DNA of 64,000 bases from Octopus bimaculoides (Eukaryota). Under the pieces are notes generated by a model. That model made no database searches. It saw only the letters and a list, made by a program, of their open reading frames with translations, and had not been told where the DNA came from. This document shows positions 52,365-64,000 of the stretch, one piece after another. The stretch spans positions 26,865,918 through 26,929,917 of the forward strand of contig NC_068987.1 of NCBI RefSeq assembly GCF_001194135.2. The letters run 5' to 3'. Position numbers and translations under genes: made by a program. The first letter of the stretch is position 1. Every line of letters begins with the position of its first letter.

Positions 52365-52765
52365 GGGAAGGCAGCTGGTAAAATCGTTAGCACGCCGCGC
52401 TAAGTGGCATTTTGTCCGTCTTTACGTTCTGAGTTCAGCTTGTCACAAAGTCGACTTTGCCTTTCATCTTTTCGAAGTCGATAAAAAACGTACCAGTTGA
52501 GCACTGGGATCGAAGTAATCGACTAACAACCTCCACCGAAACTGCTGGCCTTACACCATAATTTGAAACTAATATCTGGGGGAGGGGTTAATGAATTAAA
52601 TGAAGCCCAGTACTCAGTTGGTACTCATTTTATCTTTTACGAAAGGATGAAAGGCACATCCAAAAGAAGTTGAGTGGAATTTGAACTCAGAACTTAAAGA
52701 GACGGAAGAAATGCCGCAAAACATTTTTTCTGACACGCTATCAATAGAGTCAGCGCACTGCCAGT
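52365..52765. mobile_element. tail-to-tail pair of Meta-like SINEs (plus 52365-52570, minus about 52580-52765)
   Basis: The plus copy has AAGTCGACTTTGCCTTTCATCTTTTCGAAGTCGATAA. The minus copy shows GAAAGGATGAAAGGC..GGAATTTGAACTCAGAAC on the plus strand. Confidence 0.8.
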
Positions 52766-52995
52766 CAATGGGAAATGATAATAACATTCATATTTATTCA
52801 TTTTCTAATTCTATTCCATTTGGGTTCATCAACACAAAGCATCCTGTCTGAGATATATTTATCAAGAGAGAATGCTGTATTTAACGTACAAAAAATATGT
52901 TTTAATAATTATAATTAATTAATTTAACATCGATTTGTGGTTTAAGAAATCATATATATACATACACACACATACACGTAAACACACACACACAC

Positions 52996-53027
<32 letters not shown>

Positions 53028-54114
53028 CGTGTGTGTGTGTATAGTTTCTTTAAAATTATTATTTAATACAAATCGGATGTAGTCTATAGTTTATTGCCAA
53101 ATCTAGCAAAAAAAAAAAATCAATACATGTAATGTCACCTTCATATTTCCTAATGTTTATAATCAAGTTGTTATATCTAAATTAGGACTGAAACAACATT
53201 TTAAGACACAAATACATCAGGAAATATCTACAAGTTCAGTTAGAAAACTGCGCCAGAATTTCACAAGGAACGCCATTGTTCATTGGTAATCTTTTGAATT
53301 CTGCAAGTTTATCAATAGTATAATAGTTATTTAGTAAGAAACTAATTAGCTACAATGCCTTTGAACTATTTCATTATCAATTACTGTTCGACTTTAATTC
53401 CGTGAGCCAGTTCATCATCTGATATTGTTTTAGATTGTATTAATCATCATTTCCTTTATTGCCACACCAAAGTTACATTATAGTTTTGCCTAATTTCATA
53501 TTGGAAGCCAATAAGTAATGAACATAAAAGTATTTGATCATTAAATTATTAAGCTAGGATTTCTAAAAGAATATATTATTATTTATTGAATGCAAAGAGG
53601 GATATTGCAAAAATAGAATATAAACAGCTAGCATTTTAACATCTGTTTGCTTCTTCGTTATATTTTTATTCTGTATAATTTATGTCCCATAAAGAAGACA
53701 CTATCAGAATCGTTAACAATCGAGGGCGACGTGGTATAAGTATATACCATGCTTTCTCATATTGTTTTAGATTACCATAACAATTTAATCGGGCACAGAC
53801 AATATCACGATCAGTTAAAGAACCACTTAGGATTATGTGATAGCTGGCAGGAGAAACGAACGGTTGCAAGACCACCAATAGAGTAGTGGTATTTTATTTA
53901 TCGACACCGAATGTATGGAAAGTAAAGTTCACCGAGGATGATTTGAACTCTGGTAGACAGGGAGAGGAAATATATTTAGCAAATTAATTCAATACGATGT
54001 CTCCACATCTATGATACATCATGCCAAATCAAAGTGTAGGTGGGCCGACGGGCAGGCGTGTGTACACGAATATATACACCTATGTGTGTAAGCATATATA
54101 CGTCTGTCTATAAT

Positions 54115-54146
<32 letters not shown>

Positions 54147-56069
54147 TTTTATAAAATATATATTGATTAGTTTTTAAGTAGTGGTCACTTTCAAAATTAC
54201 TAAAGTAAGATATCATATTTCACTTTTAATGACCAGTATTGTAACATAGTTCAAACAAAGCGCTATTTAATTGCATTAGATTTATAACAGAGATTATGAT
54301 ATATGGAAATTTAAATATCTTTCCAAATTTGCAAATATGGGAAAAATGTTAACGTTAAAAGTGCATGAAATATTTCAATGTATAAAAAGAACAGACCTTT
54401 CACTAACAATTTTTTATAGAGCCCGATTTCTTGACCTTGGAATGGTCAATGCCCATTGCAGAATAATAATCACTAAATTTCGGGCCTACCAGGTTAACTC
54501 ATTCGTGATAGTAGATTATGAATTTTAGTAATAAGACCCAACATTGGTTTGAACACCGGTGTGTTTATAAGTAGTTGGTGAATATCTCTGCATGGTTTTC
54601 TAGCCAAAATCAGCAACTCATTGCCCCAATATTATAGTTTTTATACTAAGAATATTTTGCTCCCGTTGAATTTTACTACAAGTTGCCTTGTATCCTATGA
54701 AACTGAACGTTTGACGTAAACGTCAGGCATAATTAATTATTTTGTATTGCAAGTAGCGTCCAGAATCTTATGGTTCTCTTGTTTCGGTTGGAAGTAAAAG
54801 CGTATATCATAACCTTCATACTTTCTCCCAAATTTGCTGCTCAGCTTAAACAACTGCAAATAGATGGTTCGGTTGCCGTTTAAACAGGTACTGAGTGAAT
54901 AAAGAAGTTAGTGTAAAGACCGCGAAGTGGTGGTACGAAATGAGAGATGAGAGGAGGTGAATAATAGTCGGAAAATACAGATGCGTTTGACTGGGATAGA
55001 TATCCTCCCATGTAGATCTGAATAGCAGCGAAAGTTGCACTAATAGTGGAAGGGATTGTGTGAGATAACGGAAGTATTTGTGTTCGGGTTCATGAAAACC
55101 ATGCGACTGGTTTTCTTTTTGATGCCAATTAAGATTTTTTTATACAAAACAGCAGCACTCTATTAATATGAGAACATTTTTCCATTGATGATTTCACATC
55201 TGTTTCATAGAATGTCAGAACCTGTTCGGAACTGAAAAAGTTTTCTGTTTCTAAAGACAAAGACTAATCTTCCCGACGCTGAGTTTGCGGTTACATATGA
55301 CAGATTGTCAAGAAGACAATCTGAGATTGTGAAGCATAGTGTTTTTAACGAATCAAAGGAATGAAAAATTTACTTTACCTTCGACGGAGAGATATCAGTC
55401 TTGAGACTGGTTATCAAGTCTGAAATATCCGAGTCACTCAACTATGCCTGCTTTTCTAGGAACAGAAATCCATATGTAACTTCACGTGCATACGTACTAC
55501 ATGCGACAAACATGCAAAATACGTAAGAACGGGCGAGTGTGTTTCAGAAGGTAATATTGAATGGCTACATACATTATAATACAATTGCTTTCGCGGAAGA
55601 TAGCAATTGGATAACACTTTTCTTTACCGACCTTAAAATCACAGCTGATTTCAGCAAGATTGGAAATAATGAATGTTTAAAATAATGCCACTTATTTATA
55701 GAATATACTATATTCGTACAATCAGTCTTGTAAATGCCTTTTTCAGCATCTTCTTACTCCAAATAATTAATGATTCATTATAGAAAGAAGAAAATGTATC
55801 TAATCACAAACCTAATTGTATATTCTATAAAATCTGACAGATTTCTTTCAATCTTTGGCAAACATTCAAATGCACTTTTTTTCATCATTTCCGTTGTAAT
55901 ATTTATTATTGGTGATTTTTTAACATTCAGTGTTTAGTAAATCGTCGTTCAGAAGAGATTAGATCGTAATGGATCTCTAAACATGAACCGGCAACAAATC
56001 TATTTCCACGTCTTCCCAATTATTTATATGAGGATCTTGTTCTTTGAGCGTGAGACATTCGTTTATATA

Positions 56070-57292
56070 CGAGTGTGGGTTAAAAGGTTATTAGGCTGAC
56101 TATGAAAGAATGATGGTAAAGCTGTGAAGTCTTGCTTGCATTAATTTCAACTATCTTTTTTAATGACATTATTTATTTCCAGGTCAACTGGCATCTTGCT
56201 GTTAAAAGAAGACTTCAAAACTAGTATCGACTTCTCTTGAAATTGGACACAATTTGGCATCGTGGTGATATAAAGTACCTGCAGAAAAAGGGTTTAGCCC
56301 ACCCCAAGGACATTCATGCTGGCATGGTGACAACATTAGGTTATGGCGCTCCAGTTCTGTCAACAGTGTAAAAGTGGGCACAGCTGAAATTTAGAGGGAA
56401 AGGGGAAGTTTTTCAATATGATCTAAGGCCTGGACGTCTTGCAACTGTCACCAGTGAGGAAAACATCGATGAATAAATATACATGAAATATCCAATGTTA
56501 TTTGCATATCCCGTGAGAGAGTTGAGAATATTCTGCCCCATGAACTTGGTTTGACGAAGATTTCTGCTCGAAATGACATGTTTTCCGACACCAAATCAAC
56601 AGCCCAACAGGCTGATTACATGAACAGGAGGATCTGACATTTTGAGACAGATCCAGCTAGTTTGCTTGAACGTTTCCTAACCCAGGATTGGTGTTAGCTG
56701 CTTCACTTTGAGCCAGAGACAAAGAGACAATCCATGAAGTGGAAAACACCCTCTTCACGTTCTTCAAAGCAGGCCAAGTTGTATCTGCAAAGAATGTGAC
56801 ATGTGATGGCTTCAGTTTTTTGCGGATGCAAAATGCATTTTATTTATTTACTATCTTCAAAAGGGCCACACCATTAACGGTGAGAACAATGCCAAATGCC
56901 TAGGAAAACTGACGAAAGTAGTCTTGTTTTGCCAGGACAATGCTCCAGCACACAAGTCCTTGGTATCAATGGCTGCTGTGTATGACCTGCTTTTAACTAG
57001 TTGATAACACTCCCTATTATCCTGATTTGGCCCCATCTGACTACCAGCTGTTCCCCAGCATAAAAGCACTTGACTGGGAACCAATATCCCAGTGATGATG
57101 GCGTCATATTTTCTGCTGATGACTTGTTGACCAACAGCATAAAGGCATCTTCACCACTGGGGTCCAATCAATGCAACACAGATGGCAGAAATGTGTGAAC
57201 CGTAAGGGAGAATATGTTGAAACATAAACCTTCTTTAATTACCCTCCTTGAGAGTATATTGGTCAGCCTATGAACTTTACAGTCGACCATCA
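56070..57292 (+). mobile_element. mariner (DD34D) DNA transposon, near full length, transposase disrupted
   Basis: HTH region IKYLQKKGL..KDIHA.MVTTLG..STV*KW, then ERFLTQD..HFEPETKRQSM.W, FCQDNAPAHKS and PYYPDLAPSDY. Degenerate TIRs share TAGGCTGAC, with TA at 56068-69 and 57293-94. Confidence 0.9.
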
Positions 57293-59989
57293 TAATTAGA
57301 ACAACACTACTATTTCGCTAAGGAGTATGACTTCTTCTCAAAGAACTCAGCATAATCTCGTGTTTTTCTGCCTAACAAACTGACAGCTAGGAAACATATT
57401 TAACCAAACGGAGATAACGGTAAATGATTTGGCGATCTCTCCAGAACCACTAGTGAGTGGGTGTTAAGGTTAGGTCGAAATACCTGATGATCTGATGAAA
57501 CCAATTCCTCTTGGTGAGAACTCCATTCACTTTGGTGAATGGAAAAGAAGCACCTTCTGAGTGTTATAAATCTAAGACTATTTTAGGATATCTAAGTCTA
57601 GTTCACCGCAAAACCAGAACAACAACAACAACAAGATTGAAAAGCACACAAAACAGTTTAACAGATCACAATTGTTCACATCAGTTAAGTATCAGGAAAT
57701 TGAGAAAATAAGTAAGTTAAATTGGATCTGAATATCCTTGTTACGTACAACAATATCAGTAACAAAACCAGAACCAGCTAACCATTTTTTCGGCAGTCTT
57801 GTTTTCTATCGATTTGTCTAGCTAGAGGCTCTGACAGAATGTTTATAAATTACATAAATTATTATTGTTTCATAAAATATTTTGGTAATGGGTGTGCGAT
57901 GGGAAGAGTTTGAAACGATATTAAACAAATTTAATTCTACTTTTCAACAAGAACAAATAAAGTAATATTTCTATAATGAAGGAATAATAACTGTAATGTC
58001 AACAATGTCAAATATATAATTAATGATGCAATCACATCACCAGAGGTAAATATTTGTTTCACCAATCCATTAACTATGGTTACATCGGTGAGAGAGGATG
58101 CTACAAATTATATGTACATAAATTATAATTCTCTAGGAAATGAATGAACTATCAATTATAATGAGACAAATAATCGGAATGATTTACACAAAGAATATTT
58201 TTGTTTATTCAATGGTTAATTTCATGAAAACATTACTTTATAGAAACCGTTTCCTCTAGACAACACTTTGAAATATGACATTCCGAAAGTCGTAAATCAT
58301 AGTGGTGTAACTAATGCTCGATTATAAACAAACACTCACTTTGCTCTAAAGTACGAATCCATTTGTAATAATATGTTACAAAGAAAATTTCCATACTTTC
58401 AAAAATCATTAAATTATAAGTAAAATGATGAAAGAAAATTTTCTGATACTACTTCGACTAATTTTTCAGTATACGTAGTTATATCACATCATCATTATCA
58501 CTTTTGTTCTGTACTGAGAGGGAATCATTTGTGGAATATTTAGACTGACTATTCTGTAATCAGTCCTGTTACGGCTAAATTAACATACTGTAAAGTTTAC
58601 GCCAGGAAGCTTCTCATTATTCACTAGATATGGTAGAACACGAGAAATGAAAAAGCAGCCACGTTCTCTCTCAAAGTATACACTACCGTATCGAAACTGG
58701 AGAGAGGCTTTGAATAGGGGATTATCATATTCGATGTTGACGTGCTGAACACATTTCGTCATTGGTCTACTCAGTCAGGAATCACGAGGACGACGACGAT
58801 GAAGACAACGACTACGACGACGACGACCAGCATCAGCAGCACCAGCACCAGCATCCCCCCCACCACCACCACAACAGCAACAACAACATTTTATTTACGT
58901 TACTATACTCATAGGAATTGCTAACATTCCACTAGTTTTGTTTTTCCGCTACAACAATATCAAATGGCATAATGTTTTTCGTTTCAATTCTTAATATGAC
59001 TAACAAACTTGGGTGAGATAAACGTGAGACTTCTTATCCGAATCAGTAGCAGGTAATTATCTATTCAGATGTCATATTTCAGTTCGATAAACAGCAGCGA
59101 GGAATTGGAAATTAATAATAGGAATGCTATAACATCATGTCTGGTGTAAGGATATAAAATAGATCACGATACCTCCCGTTAGATTTCTTGATTCAATGTA
59201 AATTGAATTTATTCTTCACAGAGCATGTATATATATCTGTGTGTGTGTGTGTGTGTGTGTGTGCGTGCGCGAGTTTGTACGCACATATATACATAAATAT
59301 ACACTATATATTTTATGCGAGCATATACGCGCGCGCGTCACTGTATACTTTTCAAAGCGGCACGTCAATATAAAATTTACAGACAGTTATATTCTTCATC
59401 AATAATATTATTATAGAGTATGTAGAATCTGTAGGATAATAATTTTTCATATACTACGTTCAATATCAGTGGTCTGGTGAGGCTTGAGACTGGAATTATA
59501 AAGTCGCAAATGTTAGAGATTATTACACTATGACTGCAAACATTCTGAAAGAAATCGAATTCATTAAAAGCCAGTCAACAAAACACATGACTTCATTGGC
59601 GTATATTTCAGGCTTTCAGAAAACTTAATTTATATGCATTATGTAAGTAGTTTATCTTTGGGTTTGGTGACAGATATCTTTATAGCTTGAACAAGATTCC
59701 TTGCTTGCTTCCGATGGCTTCCTATCGAATTTGGGGATAATCATCTTCTATATTTGTGGTTCATATAATATCCGAAAACATTTTCAACAGTGAATCGTTT
59801 AATAACTGTACGTTTAAAAGGAGGACAGCTGATGAGGACATAACTAATCAGGGGACCATATAATCATTGTATACTACTGCCGTACTTCACTTACTGTAGA
59901 CGTATTTCGTGGGCCCAGATGATTGGTATACATACATACGTACATATATATATATATTTATATATGAGGCTGTAAACAACAGAGTGCAG

Positions 59990-60660
59990 CTACTCCACTC
60001 GTATTGCATGAAACCCATAGCTTTTAAATACGTTGTTCACAAGGACTCAGCATGGACACACAATGCGAAAATCAACATACTGAAAGCAGACTTATGATAA
60101 TGAATAATGCGTTTTTCTTATGCGAACCCTATGAAACGAAGAATCATATACAAAAACCTCCTGTACCGTATGCAATCCTCCCGATATGACCAGAGAGAAA
60201 AGATTCGTGTATACAGGCGAGTTAGAAAAAAGTTAGATAACATCATATATAATGAAGTCAGAGGTATCCACCTAGATACAGCGTTAAAGTCTGGAATAAT
60301 ATACAGATGGTTTGTGACGAAGCAAATAGAATGAACACATGGTATATGGCTGACAAGGAGTGATGTCTGTATAGGTCATACTCTCTGCGAAACTAGATTT
60401 AGGAAGCCTCCGAAGGATACGAAACTCAATATTATATCGCTGAAAAGCCTAGGAACAACACTAGTTAGCAGTTTTGTAAGACGTACCCCTTCGAAAATAC
60501 CACAAGCACTAATGAGAACTACGTGGCATGAAAGGATGTTTATGGGTGTATGTGCATACACAAGAACACATGCGCAGAAACAGAGAAAAAGAACGCACTT
60601 CCGATAAAAGATGGAGTCAAAATCCATTGACAATGTTGGAAATATTTTAGAAACGAAAAA
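59990..60660 (+). mobile_element. Penelope-like retroelement remnant (second, diverged copy)
   Basis: Translation gives MKPIAFKYVVHKDSAWTHNAKINILKADL* ..LLYRMQSSRYDQREKIRVYRRVRKKLDNII.. IAEKPRNNTS*QFCKTYPFE. It aligns by eye, at DNA and protein level, with 4335-4700. Confidence 0.6.
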
Positions 60661-61823
60661 CAATAAGTCTGTGGAAATTGAACCAGTTAGCGTGTTAGAT
60701 ATTAAGACAGTATGACTCTATCCAGGCACAACAACATTTGTTGCATCACACGAATTCAATTAAACAATCTTCCAAAAAATTAGAGTTTACATATATATGT
60801 ATAAATATATATATATATATATANNNNNNNNNNNNNNNNNNNNNNNNNNNNNNNNNNNNNNNNNNNNNNNNNNNNNNNNNNNNNNNNNNNNNNNNNNNNN
60901 NNNNNNNNNNNNNNNNNNNNNNNNNNNNNNNNNNNNNNNNNNNNNNNNNNNNNNNNNNNNNNNNNNNNNNNNNNNNNNNNNNNNNNNNNNNNNNNNNNNN
61001 NNNNNNNNNNNNNNNNNNNNNNNNNNNNNNNNNNNNNNNNNNNNNNNNNNNNNNNNNNNNNNNNNNNNNNNNNNNNNNNNNNNNNNNNNNNNNNNNNNNN
61101 NNNNNNNNNNNNNNNNNNNNNNNNNNNNNNNNNNNNNNNNNNNNNNNNNNNNNNNNNNNNNNNNNNNNNNNNNNNNNNNNNNNNNNNNNNNNNNNNNNNN
61201 NNNNNNNNNNNNNNNNNNNNNNNNNNNNNNNNNNNNNNNNNNNNNNNNNNNNNNNNNNNNNNNNNNNNNNNNNNNNNNNNNNNNNNNNNNNNNNNNNNNN
61301 NNNNNNNNNNNNNNNNNNNNNNNNNNNNNNNNNNNNNNNNNNNNNNNNNNNNNNNNNNNNNNNNNNNNNNNNNNNNNNNNNNNNNNNNNNNNNNNNNNNN
61401 NNNNNNNNNNNNNNNNNNNNNNNNNNNNNNNNNNNNNNNNNNNNNNNNNNNNNNNNNNNNNNNNNNNNNNNNNNNNNNNNNNNNNNNNNNNNNNNNNNNN
61501 NNNNNNNNATATATATATATATATATAAAAGATCAATACGTACACACAACCTAACAAACAGAAACGAATGCATCAACGAGGTGATGCCATCAGCTCTCTC
61601 CTGCCCGCCAACTAATACACAGGCACGCACACTCCAACACACACGCATGCGCATAGATATCAGACGCACACATCTACGTACTCATACGCCTTGAGGGAAC
61701 ACACAAATATCCTCGACCGCAGTCTCTTCGAAGATCGGACAACAGCAAGCGCTTTCAGCTTCCATCTAGCTACGCTGTTCAAAGAGTTCTATTTAATGCA
61801 TGTAGAGTCTCTTGAAAGTTCAA

Positions 61824-62151
61824 CTCACATCTAATAGCACCATGTGACTCACTTGACCAATGATAGCTCGGTAAACGGTAGCTAGATTGGACTTCCTGCA
61901 TCGATTCTATTCCGGTCCATAACTGAGCCCACCGACCTAGATTTCTCGAACTTTTAAGTCGCATGGTGCCGAATCAAGCTCACCTCACATCTAATAGCAC
62001 CATTTGACTCACTTGACCAACGATAGCTCGGTAAACGGTAGCTAGATTGGACTTCCTGCATCGAGTCTATTCTGGTTCATAACTGAGCCCACCGACCAAG
62101 CTCACCTCACATCTAATAGCACCATGTGATTCACTTGACCGGTGATAGCTC
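61824..62151. repeat. tandem array of a 114-bp unit (about 2.4 copies)
   Basis: Copies at 61824-61937, 61984-62097 and 62106-62151 (partial). The unit starts CTCACATCTAATAGCACCA and the two full copies differ at only a few positions. Confidence 0.9.
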
Positions 62152-62437
62152 TGTTTCTTTTGTTTGTTTGATTTTTTTGTCTGTGTTGCCTTACACATTC
62201 GCTAGCTTTCCTACAAAGGAGTCTAATACTCTTAGCTTAGACCTTTTGGGGGTCAACCAGATCGAACCATCTCAAGTGTAACTGTCCGAAATGGTCATGA
62301 CCTCTGGTACTTGACTGAAGAAAGAAAGCCAAGAACGACCCGTCCTTTTTGCCTGTCCTTTAATTGTTGTTTCTATTGTCCGCCTTTGTGTCATCTATCT
62401 GTCCAATCGATTTAATGCCCTCTATTGCGATTTTGTT

Positions 62438-62496
<59 letters not shown>

Positions 62497-63620
62497 TACA
62501 TATACTCACCGTATTACTAGAATACTTGACTCATCGTATCTATATCTCTATGATAGCTGTGATTGAGATAGTTCTGCGTTTACAAATTTCTGTTTGTCTG
62601 TTGAATAAAATTCTTTGTTACATAATCAAATAGATGTATGTTCATACAATCTATTTTGCTACATTTCTGACGATAACATCTGTTACTTTATCTTGTTTAT
62701 ATTATGTTTTCATTTGTTTAGTTATTTTTAGAGCTTGACAATTTTATTTTATTTTATGAAAGCAATAATAATAGTAAGGCCATTACAAAGAATCCTCGGT
62801 AAACAAATATAATGACGCGATGTGTTAAAACTCTGCCATCCTGAAAGAATAAGTCATAGTACAAACAGCAAACATTCTACAGTCTCCCTTTACCATTTCC
62901 CCCCAAAATCCTGCAATACTAAGGAGTCTCTAGCCACTTGTATAAATCTGTGCATCGCCGACTTTGTATGACTATGAGAAGAAACAGTATTAAGGGAAAA
63001 TCTCATCTTTTTCGGTCTCTCATACTTCTTGTGGAACTGAAGAGATGTATAACCCCATATGTTGACCCCGAGCTATTTAGATCACATAGATATAAATATA
63101 ATGACAGCCAACATTTTCATCAGTGTTATATTCTCGGCATCACTGAGAAATCATTCACCTTTTTAACATTATTTTTCTTCTGTCTGTCTTTAGACTAGAT
63201 AATACTAAAGTATGTATTCTCTGTTTCCCGAGCTGTAAGCATTACGCTAGTATATTGCGATAACGTCACCTCTTTCATTGTCTATTTTCCTCTATATCTC
63301 ACTGTGTCCCATCTCAAGAAGTCAAATGTGCTCGTTTCTTAACATTGTTTGATGTTACATTGTTGTTAGCACTTTAGAACGTTTAAGATCTCAAATGAAA
63401 TACAATGGCGACATGTTGTACTTTTGAAATAAAACTGCGAGAGTTAATGAATCTGTGGTATTCTAGACATTATAGAAACGATGGTAGATGAGAGATTCTT
63501 AGCTTTACTTTCAAATCAACCTCATGTTACAGTCTTCATAGCATTTATATGCAGTCTTTCTTCCGGAGTAGATTCATAATATCTTGTGTTTAATGATGAG
63601 AGAAACATTCCAAGCATAAT

Positions 63621-63684
<64 letters not shown>

Positions 63685-63689
<5 letters not shown>

Positions 63690-63886
63690 CACATAATCTT
63701 CTTATGGTTTCTTAAACATTCACTCAAACACAATTTTCTTATGGTTTCTTAAACATTCACTTGAACAAAACTGTACAAATCCAAATATAGGCATAACACA
63801 TACATGAACTTCTAACTTGTCTCTTGAGGTCTCTGGGTGAGACTTGGATCCAACTTGTACAAATGCAAAACAAAAGTCAAACATAA
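63685..63886 (+). mobile_element. short insert in a (TAA)n array, probably the 3' UTR of a Dong/R4-like LINE
   Basis: About 200 bp of unique sequence with TAA arrays on both sides. It contains a 26-bp direct repeat (63699-63724 and 63736-63761). There is no coding sequence, so the family assignment is inferred from context. Confidence 0.45.
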
Positions 63887-63914
63887 AATAATAATACTAA
63901 TAATAAAAATGATA

Positions 63915-63979
<65 letters not shown>

Positions 63980-64000
63980 TATTATTATTATTATTATTAT

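Noticed and set aside
57490-57530. CUGAUGA followed by an ACCAA/UUGGU stem, possible third hammerhead
   Set aside because: It has GAGA instead of GAAA and no closing stem I or III could be formed.
61824-62151. Repeat-spacer pattern suggesting CRISPR
   Set aside because: The repeats are 114 bp with irregular spacers, there are no cas genes, and the context is eukaryotic.

Overview
AT-rich, repeat-dense animal genomic DNA with many N gaps, most of them next to (TA)n, (CA)n or (TAA)n microsatellites. The SINE and microsatellite content suggests an octopod cephalopod draft assembly (inference, not verified). No host protein-coding gene can be supported: most listed ORFs are microsatellite or N-gap read-throughs, so the window is probably intergenic or deep intronic. 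Recognisable content: (i) many tRNA-derived SINEs of at least four architectures, three with clear target-site duplications (TSDs); (ii) restriction-like-endonuclease (RLE) LINEs of the Dong/R4 type, including a near-full-length internally deleted copy flanked by (CATA)n and four fragments nested in (TAA)n arrays; (iii) three Penelope-like element (PLE) remnants; (iv) two mariner remnants and one or two pogo-like remnants; (v) a long-TIR element, a Helitron-like 3' end and a tandem array. The best lead is a tRNA-headed SINE (25690-25989, minus) carrying a complete minimal type-I hammerhead ribozyme of the kind found in Penelope-like elements. A second, degenerate hammerhead tail lies at 14618-14739. 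Together they suggest SINEs mobilised by PLE machinery rather than by a LINE.
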